Positions 29,880 through 37,927 of a stretch of 64,000 bases of DNA are shown in pieces (position 1 is the first letter of the stretch; each line of letters opens with the position of its first letter). The notes under the pieces are model-generated. The model had not been told where the DNA came from. It was given only the letters and a program-made list of their open reading frames with translations, and did no database searches. The translations under genes were made by a program, and so were the position numbers. Source of the stretch: an uncultured Acidobacteriota bacterium (lineage in GTDB: Bacteria; Acidobacteriota; Polarisedimenticolia; J045); the NCBI GenBank assembly GCA_963702425.1, contig CAVPCQ010000040.1:75515-139514 (forward strand), read 5' to 3'.

Positions 29880-30316
29880 GCCCGGACGTGCTCTACCGCG
29901 AGTCGTTCGCCGTCGAGGGGAACGACTTCGAGCACGGCGGCAACGTCGCCACCGCGATCAAGGCCACGCTGCGCGAGCTGGGGATCGCGGCCGACGCGAT
30001 CCGCCGCCTGTCGATCGCCAATTTCGAAGCCGAGATGAACGTCATCATGTACGCCCGCCGCGCAGAGTTCGTGTTCACGATCACACCCGAACTCATCAGC
30101 GTCGTCGCCGCCGACGAGGGCCCGGGCATCCCCGACATCGAGTGGGCGATGCAGGAGGGCCACTCGACGGCCACTCCCGAGATGCGCGAGCGCGGCTTCG
30201 GTGCCGGCCTCGGCCTTCCCAACATCCGCAAGAACTCCGACGAGTTCGCGATCGAGTCGATCGTCGGCTCCGGCACGACGCTGCGCTACGCCGTGCGGCT
30301 CGACCAGGGCGCCTGA
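29876..30316 (+). CDS. RsbT/RsbW-like Ser/Thr kinase (HATPase_c)
   Basis: FEAEMNV, DEGPGIPDI, STA, GFGAGLGLPNI, S.VGSGT. Confidence 0.85.
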   Translation: MSPDVLYRESFAVEGNDFEHGGNVATAIKATLRELGIAADAIRRLSIANFEAEMNVIMYARRAEFVFTITPELISVVAADEGPGIPDIEWAMQEGHSTATPEMRERGFGAGLGLPNIRKNSDEFAIESIVGSGTTLRYAVRLDQGA

Positions 30317-30323
30317 GGCAGCC

Positions 30324-31646
30324 ATGACGGAAGCGGCCCGTTCCATCATCGTCGACATCGCGCGCTGCACCGGCTGCGTGGCCTGCTCCAAGGCCTGCCC
30401 CACCAAGGCGATCCGCGTCCGCGACAACCTGGCCCAGGTGAACCACGAGCTGTGCATCGACTGCGGCGAGTGCGCCCGCGTCTGCCCGCACGAGGCCGCC
30501 CGCTCGGTGACGACCCCGCCGTCGGACCTGGGCAAGTTCAAGGTGACGGTCGCGATCCCCTCGATCACGCTCTACGCGCAGTTCGGCAAGGACGTCCACC
30601 CGGGCCAGGTGCTCAAGGCGCTCGAGCGGATCGGCTTCGACCGGGCCTACGACCTGTCCTGGATGTGTGAGCTGGTGGCCGGCGCGACCGACGCCTTCCT
30701 GGCCGAGAGCCGCGGCCCCTGGCCCGCGATCTCGGTCACCTGCCCCGCGATCACGCGGATCGTCCAGCTGCGCTACCCCGACCTGCTCGATCACCTGGTC
30801 CCGGTCGAGTCGGCCCGCGAGCTGGCCGCCAAGATGCTGCGCCGCAAGCTGGCCGCAGAGCTGTCGGTCGAGCCGCACGAGATCGGCCTCTTCTTCATCA
30901 CCCCCTGCGTCGCGATCATGCATTCGATCCTCAGCCCGGTCGGACTCGAGCAGTCGTACTTCGACGGCGCGATCTCGATCGCCGAGCTCTACGGCCCGCT
31001 GCTGCACGCGATCAAGGAGGCCCCGGAGGACGACATCCGGACGCACGAGGTCAGCCCGCAGGGGCTGCTCTGGGCGATGTCGGGCGGCGAGATCGCCGGG
31101 CTCCGGGCCTCGAGCACGCTCACGATCCGCGGGGTCGAGGACGTCCAGCACGTCTTCGACCGGATCGAGTCCGGGACGCTCCGCAGCGTCGACTTCATCG
31201 AGGCCTACATCTGCCCCGACGGCTGCATCTCGGGCGGCCTGACGGTCGAGGGTCGCTACCGCGCCGCGCGCACCATCCAGCACCTCTCGCGCCAGCTGGC
31301 GGGCCAGCGCCCGGTCAAGGAAGAGACGCTGCGGACCCTCCTGCGCCAGAACTTCTTCGACTTCGAAAAGGAGATCGAGGCCCGCCCGGTCCGGCCGCTG
31401 GCCTCGAGCCTGCGGGAGGCGATCGCCCTGCGCCACCAGCGCGACGCGCTGCTCGAGCGGTTGCCCGGCAAGAACTGCGCGGCCTGCGGCGCTCCCGACT
31501 GCGAGACCTTCGCCGAGGACATCCTGCGCGGTGAGTCGGTCGTGGGCGACTGCGTCTTCGTCCGCATCGAGCAGCTCGAGCGGGCCGTTCGAGAGCAGCC
31601 CGCTGCTCCGCTCACCACCTTACCGCCACGCGGTAGCTCAGCTTGA
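30324..31646 (+). CDS. [FeFe]-hydrogenase-like Fe-S protein with degenerate H-cluster motifs
   Basis: N-terminal 2[4Fe-4S]; ISVTCPA, ITPCVAI, EAYICPDGCISGG; C-terminal LPGKNCAACGAPDC..C FeS domain. Confidence 0.82.
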   Translation: MTEAARSIIVDIARCTGCVACSKACPTKAIRVRDNLAQVNHELCIDCGECARVCPHEAARSVTTPPSDLGKFKVTVAIPSITLYAQFGKDVHPGQVLKALERIGFDRAYDLSWMCELVAGATDAFLAESRGPWPAISVTCPAITRIVQLRYPDLLDHLVPVESARELAAKMLRRKLAAELSVEPHEIGLFFITPCVAIMHSILSPVGLEQSYFDGAISIAELYGPLLHAIKEAPEDDIRTHEVSPQGLLWAMSGGEIAGLRASSTLTIRGVEDVQHVFDRIESGTLRSVDFIEAYICPDGCISGGLTVEGRYRAARTIQHLSRQLAGQRPVKEETLRTLLRQNFFDFEKEIEARPVRPLASSLREAIALRHQRDALLERLPGKNCAACGAPDCETFAEDILRGESVVGDCVFVRIEQLERAVREQPAAPLTTLPPRGSSA

Positions 31647-31716
31647 CCTCCTGCCCCTTCGGCACCGGCACCTCGAACTCCAGCGTGCCGGCGTCGAGCT
31701 TCTTCCCGGGGAGGCT
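31611..31716. repeat. 106-bp direct repeat, left copy (3' end of the DUF4139 gene)
   Basis: Identical to 34671-34776 except 31705 c versus 34765 t. Confidence 0.95.
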
Positions 31717-31765
31717 CGACCGAACCGCTCGTATTCCCAGCATGGCGACACTCCTCCGGCGCAGA

Positions 31766-31794
31766 TTCGACCAGTTGCAGTGACGTGCTAGACT
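31766..31794 (+). promoter_or_regulatory. Candidate promoter of MTase-vsr
   Basis: TTCGAC-17 nt-TAGACT with an extended -10 TG. Confidence 0.4.
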
Positions 31795-31853
31795 TGCGTG
31801 GTAAGCAATCTCCCTGCGAATATTGGTCGGAAGCAAGCCGGAGTGATCAGAGG

Positions 31854-33179
31854 ATGAGCGGCGCAATGTCAGGGAAGAGTAGTGGTTCGCGCCTCCGCCA
31901 ACCCCGTTTGCGTGCGGCAGCGCCATCCGAAGCGCACGACGCGATGCCCTCGCTCCGCCGCGGCTTGTCGGCCTTTGGCCTCTTCGCTGGGATTGGCGGA
32001 TTCGAACTCGGGTTGCAGCGGGCGGGACACCAAGCGGTGGGTTTCTGTGACATCGACGAGGGGGCGTGCGCGGTGCTGCGCGCTCGCTTTCCTGGCGATC
32101 CCATCCATTCAGATGTACGTGAGATTCGTCGCCTACCCGCAGACGTCGAGCTCCTAACCGCGGGATTCCCCTGCCAGGACCTCAGTCAGGCGGGTCGGAC
32201 CACGGGAATCACCGGCAAGCAGTCAGGCCTCGTCGAGGAGGTCTTTCGCCTGTTGGCTGAAGGCCCGGTACCGTGGCTCCTCATCGAGAACGTCTCTTTC
32301 ATGCTTCACCTCCAAGCCGGCCGCGCGCTCGCATTGGTTCTCGATAGCCTCGAGAGGCTCGGATACCGCTGGGCCTATCGCGTGGTGGACTCCCGAGCGT
32401 TTGGGCTGCCTCAGCGCAGGCAACGGGTGTTCATCCTCGCGTCCCTGGTCGGTGATCCACGCGACGTGCTCCTGTCCGACGATGCCGAGGAACCATCCGG
32501 CGGTCCGGATCCGATGACCGTCGCTTGTGGGTTCTATTGGACGGAGGGGGTCCGCGGGCTGGGCTGGGCCGTCGACGCCGTGCCTACGCTCAAGGGCGGA
32601 TCCACGATCGGAATCCCGTCTCCGCCAGCGATCCTCCTCCCCGATGGCCGCATCGTGACGCCCAACATTTTGGATGCGGAGCGGTTTCAAGGATTCCCAG
32701 CGGACTGGACCCTGCCCGCCGCAGCAGCCGCTCGCTCTTCTCATCGCTGGAAACTCGTCGGTAATGCCGTCACCGTCGACGTTGCCGAGTGGATTGGCAT
32801 GCGGCTTCGGTCGCCGCGTCCTTACGAGGATTCCATGGACATGCCGCTGATTGCGGCGGCACGCTGGCCTCTCGCGGCCTGGGGCGACCGCAGCGGGCGC
32901 TTCGCTGCATCCGTCTCCATGTGGCCTCAACGCGTCTCTGGCCCAGGATTGGAGTCGTACCTAGTACACGAGCCCGCCCCACTCTCAGTGAAAGCGACCT
33001 CGGGCTTCCTGTCACGAACCCGTCGAAGCACACTTCGCTTTCCGGACGGCTTCTTGACGCGAGTCGAGAATCACCTTCGGCGAATGGTCGCGATCTCGGA
33101 GTCTCGCCCAGTGTCCAACGATGCTCTGCCTTCCGAGGCTCTTTCTCGCCGCGCAGTCTCCAATGCTCGTCGTCGATGA
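31854..33179 (+). CDS. dcm: DNA (cytosine-5) methyltransferase
   Basis: FAGIGG (I), GFPCQDLS (IV), ENV (VI), PQRRQRVF (VIII), ERFQGFP (IX), GNAV (X); start could be 31854, 31866 or 31944. Confidence 0.93.
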   Translation: MSGAMSGKSSGSRLRQPRLRAAAPSEAHDAMPSLRRGLSAFGLFAGIGGFELGLQRAGHQAVGFCDIDEGACAVLRARFPGDPIHSDVREIRRLPADVELLTAGFPCQDLSQAGRTTGITGKQSGLVEEVFRLLAEGPVPWLLIENVSFMLHLQAGRALALVLDSLERLGYRWAYRVVDSRAFGLPQRRQRVFILASLVGDPRDVLLSDDAEEPSGGPDPMTVACGFYWTEGVRGLGWAVDAVPTLKGGSTIGIPSPPAILLPDGRIVTPNILDAERFQGFPADWTLPAAAAARSSHRWKLVGNAVTVDVAEWIGMRLRSPRPYEDSMDMPLIAAARWPLAAWGDRSGRFAASVSMWPQRVSGPGLESYLVHEPAPLSVKATSGFLSRTRRSTLRFPDGFLTRVENHLRRMVAISESRPVSNDALPSEALSRRAVSNARRR

Positions 33180-33570
33180 GGTTACCTCTCGACGACTAGG
33201 CTCCGTTCGGCAGCGCGGGACGACACCGGAGCTCGTCGTCCGACGCGTGGTCTCCGAACTCGGACATCGGTATCGGGTCGAGAATCGTGACCTTCCTGGC
33301 TCACCTGATCTTGCGAATCGGTCCCGCCGTTGGGCCATCTTCGTGCACGGGTGCTTCTGGCACGCTCATGCCGGATGCCACCGCGCTACGATCCCGCGCC
33401 GCAATGCGGATTTCTGGAGCAGGAAGTTTGCCGACAATCGCTCGAGAGACGCCCGAGTGCTCGGCCGGTTGACCGAAGCGGGGTTCCGCACACTGGTCGT
33501 ATGGGAGTGCGAGCTAGTTCACCCGAAAGGCGTGCGCCGCAGAGTCGAGCGCTTCCTTGGGGATCGCTGA
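33163..33570 (+). CDS. vsr: Very short patch repair endonuclease Vsr
   Basis: TTPEL, LPGSPDL, IFVHGCFWH, NRSRD, VWECE. Confidence 0.93.
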   Translation: MLVVDEVTSRRLGSVRQRGTTPELVVRRVVSELGHRYRVENRDLPGSPDLANRSRRWAIFVHGCFWHAHAGCHRATIPRRNADFWSRKFADNRSRDARVLGRLTEAGFRTLVVWECELVHPKGVRRRVERFLGDR

Positions 33571-33582
33571 GACTCGTGAGCT

Positions 33583-34479
33583 TCAGGGGTGGTGATCCCC
33601 CTCGTCACTCTCGGACAGCTCCGAGGGGGTCGGGTCGAGCTGCGGAACCGATGTGTCGCTCTCGTCCGCCCACTCGATGTAGCGCCGGTTCCGGATTCCG
33701 TAGATCTTGACGATCTCCCAAATGACCTGATCCAAGGATGCGAGCCCTCGCCTCGCCACCTCGTGAGAGTCGGGACGCCCTCGACGCGGCGGTCGCGCGA
33801 GCACGTCAAAATACGAGACCTCCCCCCGGCGCTCGCCCTCTGGTTCATAAAGGCCGATGTACATCGCCTCGAACTTCTGGGCCGGATCCGAGGGCTCCTG
33901 CCGTCCAGATCGCGCACGAAACGTCATGACTGCATGTGCGAAGGAGGACTTGTCGGATTCGCCGTCATCGCAAGCCGTGATGGGCAGGAAGAACAGCGCA
34001 ACCAAGACCGCATACGGATGGCGCTCATGGTGGTCCATCGCTTCGGCTCGCAACTCATGGTCGTTCCGCACCATGTTCTTCGTGTAGCGGCCGAGAACAA
34101 CTGTGCCACCCTTCCTCGACATGTCCCGATAGTTGAGTGTCTTGATCGAAACGAGCAATTCGAGGCCCGTATCCCGCGATCCGAATCGGACGTCGGTCTT
34201 CTTGAGCTTGCCGTGTGCGCCGCTACTCGCCTTCGACTCCTGACCCGTACCGTCAGCGCTCGGGAGAACGCCGGGGAACTGGCCAGTCTCCCGAAGCTTG
34301 TTGGCAATGAGGAGCGCAATGCTGCTCGACAGGCGTTGGGCGTAGTTCTTCTTCTCGTCGCGATCCGCAGTTTCGATCGGCCTTGGCTCGGCATGGTCCA
34401 AAGCGCTGAGGAAGGTCTTGATGGTGCCCGGCGAACCTCTCGTCGCGCCGCCGTTTCCTGACTTGGTCCCCTTCCCCAT
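33583..34479 (-). CDS. Putative type II restriction endonuclease (PD-(D/E)XK-like)
   Basis: KKTDV...LLVSIK...KN..R..E resembles a variant nuclease core; convergent with the C5-MTase and vsr inside the cassette. Confidence 0.65.
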   Translation of the reverse strand: MGKGTKSGNGGATRGSPGTIKTFLSALDHAEPRPIETADRDEKKNYAQRLSSSIALLIANKLRETGQFPGVLPSADGTGQESKASSGAHGKLKKTDVRFGSRDTGLELLVSIKTLNYRDMSRKGGTVVLGRYTKNMVRNDHELRAEAMDHHERHPYAVLVALFFLPITACDDGESDKSSFAHAVMTFRARSGRQEPSDPAQKFEAMYIGLYEPEGERRGEVSYFDVLARPPRRGRPDSHEVARRGLASLDQVIWEIVKIYGIRNRRYIEWADESDTSVPQLDPTPSELSESDEGDHHP

Positions 34480-34518
34480 CGCTTCTCACTCCCCGCCGCT
34501 GGACGGCGAAAGGAACCG

Positions 34519-34548
34519 AGTCTGGGTCCCGTCATTCGGGAATGTCAA
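34519..34548 (-). promoter_or_regulatory. Candidate promoter of the putative endonuclease
   Basis: Minus strand TTGACA (34548-34543)-18 nt-CAGACT, 40 nt upstream of the ATG. Confidence 0.5.
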
Positions 34549-34670
34549 CCGGCGGCTGCGTCGTGCCGCGGTCCGTCTTCCCGCGCTCGCATGCTGCACG
34601 TGGGCGACGATCGGTCCCGGGGTAGGACCGCTCGAAATCCGTTCCATTGCTGCAAGTTCCGGCGAATCGA

Positions 34671-34776
34671 CTCACCACCTTACCGCCACGCGGTAGCTCA
34701 GCTTGACCTCCTGCCCCTTCGGCACCGGCACCTCGAACTCCAGCGTGCCGGCGTCGAGCTTCTTTCCGGGGAGGCT
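34671..34776. repeat. 106-bp direct repeat, right copy
   Basis: Matches 31611-31716; supplies the last 34 codons and stop of the DUF4139 gene. Confidence 0.95.
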
Positions 34777-36117
34777 GGAGGAGACCAGCGTCCAGTCGCC
34801 GCCGACCGGCTCGCGCACGGTGACCACGACGTCCTGCTCCTTGCGGTTCCGAATCGAGATCACGTAGGCCGACTCGTTCTGCCGCGGGCTGACGGCGCGA
34901 TACTCGGTCTGGGTGCGATCGGCCACGACATCGAAGGCGTCGCCGACGTGGAGCTTGATCGTCTCGTCCTTCGGCGTGTGGTCGATCGCGTCCTCGCCGA
35001 CGAACTGCTCGGCGCCCGAGCGGTCCTGCTTGTAGACGCGGACGATCCCCTTGGGCAGCGGCATCCCGAGGCCGGCCTCCTTTGCGTTCCGGATCTCCAG
35101 CACGACGGCCACCTTCTGGTCCTGCGTCAGCGTGCCGCCCTGCTGGCTGCGGTACCACCAGGGCTGGCCGACGAGCAGCAGCTTCTTGACCACCGGGATC
35201 CCGGATCCCTGGAGCAGGCTGATCTGCTTGGTCTGGTTGTCCTTGATCGTGGTCGGTCGCTCGAGCGTGTAGAGGTGATACTCGAAGAACGACTCCTCCT
35301 GGAACTGCGGCGGCGCGGCGGCCATCACGACCTCCTTGCGCATCGCGTCCTGCATCGGCATCCCCTGCGGCAGCTGGCGCCGCACGTCGCCCGCGACCAG
35401 CTTGAGCGTCGCGTCCCTGAACCCCGCGCCGGAGCGGTTGTCGATCGTCACCCAGCCGGTCAGGTCGGCGGCCTTGTCGTCGGCGTCGACGACCGCGACG
35501 TAGTCGGCGGACCAGGTCATCCCGTCGGTCAGGTACGAGGCCTCGATCTCCTGCGGTCCCGCTTTCGCCGCGTTGACCGTCCAGACCAGCGTCGGGCGCG
35601 AGACGAGGTCGGCCGGCACTTCGGGCAGCGTCACCTTCCCGGTCTGGTTGAGCACGATTCGGTCGCCGATCCGGTAGACCGGGGCACCGTTGACGGAGAG
35701 CAGCGTCGCGGGGACGCTGCGCGTCGTCAGGTCCTCGGCCTGCTCGACGATCTCGACCGGCTTGCCGACGTACTTCTCCAGCAGCTTCTCGGGCGAGATC
35801 AGGTCGAACTCGTAGTTCTGCTCGAGCACGGTCAGGCCGCCGGGCGCGGTGAGCGATTTCAGGTGGACGGTCCGCGGGTTGATCGCCGAGGGGACGTCCA
35901 TGAACCGCAGCGTCGCTGTCCCGGTCCGGGGGGCATCGAGCGTGCGGGTCTCGCGGACCAGCGCGAGGTTGACGTTGTAGACCGTCACCGAGACACCGGT
36001 GCGATCGGCGGCGGTGCTGTCGGGGAGGGCCGGGAGCTCGGCCGCGGCGGCGCCGAGCGCGGCGGCGAAGGCGAGCGCGACGGAAACGGAACTCAGCAGT
36101 TGGACGACGGGACGCAT
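34672..36117 (-). CDS. DUF4139-domain secreted protein
   Basis: Signal peptide; SVTVYN.NLALVRE, EQNYEFDL, SYLT.G.TWSADY, FEYHLY, LGMPLPKG, IDHTPKDE; GGAGG RBS. Confidence 0.88.
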   Translation of the reverse strand: MRPVVQLLSSVSVALAFAAALGAAAAELPALPDSTAADRTGVSVTVYNVNLALVRETRTLDAPRTGTATLRFMDVPSAINPRTVHLKSLTAPGGLTVLEQNYEFDLISPEKLLEKYVGKPVEIVEQAEDLTTRSVPATLLSVNGAPVYRIGDRIVLNQTGKVTLPEVPADLVSRPTLVWTVNAAKAGPQEIEASYLTDGMTWSADYVAVVDADDKAADLTGWVTIDNRSGAGFRDATLKLVAGDVRRQLPQGMPMQDAMRKEVVMAAAPPQFQEESFFEYHLYTLERPTTIKDNQTKQISLLQGSGIPVVKKLLLVGQPWWYRSQQGGTLTQDQKVAVVLEIRNAKEAGLGMPLPKGIVRVYKQDRSGAEQFVGEDAIDHTPKDETIKLHVGDAFDVVADRTQTEYRAVSPRQNESAYVISIRNRKEQDVVVTVREPVGGDWTLVSSSLPGKKLDAGTLEFEVPVPKGQEVKLSYRVAVRW

Positions 36118-36297
36118 GAGGGCACCTCCGGGGCGGCGCCGTGTCGTGCCGCCCGCCGGGTCAGACCGGTCCGGGACCGGGAAGTTCCCGACCATGGTAG
36201 TCCGGTTGGACGGGGCGGCGGGACGGGCGGCCGGGGCCCTCTCCTCGGAGGCCCCCGCCGCCCTCAGGTCGGCGGCACGCTCAGGTCGCTTTCGCGC

Positions 36298-37736
36298 TCA
36301 GAACATGTTCCAGAGGAACTGGTTGGTCACCTCGTGGTGGAACTGCACCTCCCCCGCCTTGACGATCGTGCCGAGCAGCTTGGGGCTGCGCTCCGCCGCT
36401 GCCAGCTTGATCGCAGCGTACTTCTCGTGGACGTCCTCGCCCAGGAGCTCCGCCGCGTAGCGGCTGGCCTTGAACAGGCGGATCGCGTCGAGCGCGTTGT
36501 CCGGGAGAAAACGCGTGCGAGCGCGCTTGCTGTCGTCGCTGGCGTCGGGATCCGGGCCCTCGAGGCCGGTCCGGAAGAGCGCGTAGATCGCCAAGTAGGG
36601 GTTGGCGTCGGGGGCGATCGAGCGGACCTCGATCCGCGCCGAGCGCTCGTTCCCGAGCGGGATCCGGACCATCGAGCCGCGGTCGATGGCCGAGGCCTTG
36701 ATCTGGTTCGGCGCCTCGAAGTGCGGGTCCAGCCGGCGGTAGGAGTTGACCGAGGAGTTGAGGATCAGGCAGAGGTCGTTGCCCGACTTCAGGATCCGCT
36801 CGATGAACTCCCAGCCCAGCTTGGACAGCCCGTCCTGCCCCCCTTCGCGTAGAAGAGGTTCTTGCCGTCCTTGGTGATCGACATGTTGGTGTGCATGCCG
36901 TTGCCGTTGACGCCGGTCACCGGCTTGGGCAGGAACGACGCGGTGCAGTCCAGGCGCGCCGCCACCTGGCGGCACAGCAGCTTGTAGAGCTGCACCTGGT
37001 CGGCGGCGACGACCGCCTCGGTGTAACCGTAGTTCATCTCGAACTGCGAGGGGGCGACCTCGGGATGGTCCTTCTCGTTACCGAACCCCATCGCGCGCTG
37101 CACTTCGGCCGCGGTGTCGATGAACTGGCGCAGCGTGTCGCCGGGCAGCGAGTGGTAGTAGCCGCCGGTCGAGATGAACTCGAACCCCCTGCCCTCGTGG
37201 TAGTGGCGCTCGGCGTCGCGGCCCTTGAACAGGAAGCCCTCGATCTCGTTCGCAACGTGGCAGGTGAAGCCCTTCCTGGCGTGGAGCGCCTCGGCGTAAC
37301 GCTTGAGCTTGCTGCGCATGTCGGCGGCGTAGGGCGACCCGTCGCGCTCCCTGACCTCGCCGAAAACCAGCACCTTGCCCGGTCCGAAGACGTCGGCCGG
37401 CAGCCAGTAGAAGGCCGGCCAGTCGATCGCCAGGCGCAGGTCCGACTCCTGCTGCTGCGAGAAGCCCCGGATCGATGAGCCGTCGAAAGTCAGGTTGTCG
37501 GCCGCCTTGAGCAGGAACTTCTTGTCGTAGTCCAGCATGTGGAACCGGCCCTCGAGGTCGGTGAAGCAGACCGTGACGGCCTTGATCCGCTTCTCGTCCG
37601 TGAGGTACTTCACCCGCTGTTCCTGGACCTTCTCGGCCGGCTTGCGGTCGAGCCGGACCTGCTTGGCCTCGAGGTTCATCTCCTCGAGCCTGTCGTACGG
37701 GATCTCCAGGAACTCGCGCAGGCCGGGGTACTCCAT
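36298..37736 (-). CDS. glnA: Glutamine synthetase family protein; apparent frameshift at about 36840
   Basis: FDGSSIRGF, HPEVAPSQFE, FLPKP..GVNGNGMH, NSYRRL...EAP, RIEVRS....NPYL. Confidence 0.88.
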
Positions 37737-37781
37737 CAGGGGTCCTCCAGGAGCGGCCCCCTCGGGGCCGCGGCAGGGTAA

Positions 37782-37810
37782 GTTATAGCGTATTTAGTAT
37801 AAAAACACAA
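37782..37810 (-). promoter_or_regulatory. Candidate sigma70 promoter of glnA in an AT-rich tract
   Basis: Minus strand TTGTGT-17 nt-TATAAC; a further TATAAT near 37818-37823; GGAGG RBS at 37744-37748. Confidence 0.55.
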
Positions 37811-37927
37811 GAGGCTATTATAAAATACCACATTTTTATCATAACCCGATATTGCAAACGACTAAGTACGGTCAGCGCGGCCGGAGCCGGGCGGATGCCC
37901 CGGCGCCGGCGGACACCTCGGCGCCGG

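Larger units (their letters stand above)
31717..34670. mobile_element. Integrase-free restriction-modification cassette between 106-bp direct repeats
   Basis: Repeat period 3060 bp; visibly more A/T-ending codons than the flanks; carries MTase, Vsr and a putative endonuclease. Confidence 0.85.

Noticed and set aside
31612-31926. 104-aa ORF sharing its C-terminus with the DUF4139 protein, as a diversity-generating or shufflon cassette
   Set aside because: It is only the duplicated 106 bp read into cassette DNA; one synonymous difference, and no reverse transcriptase or invertase present
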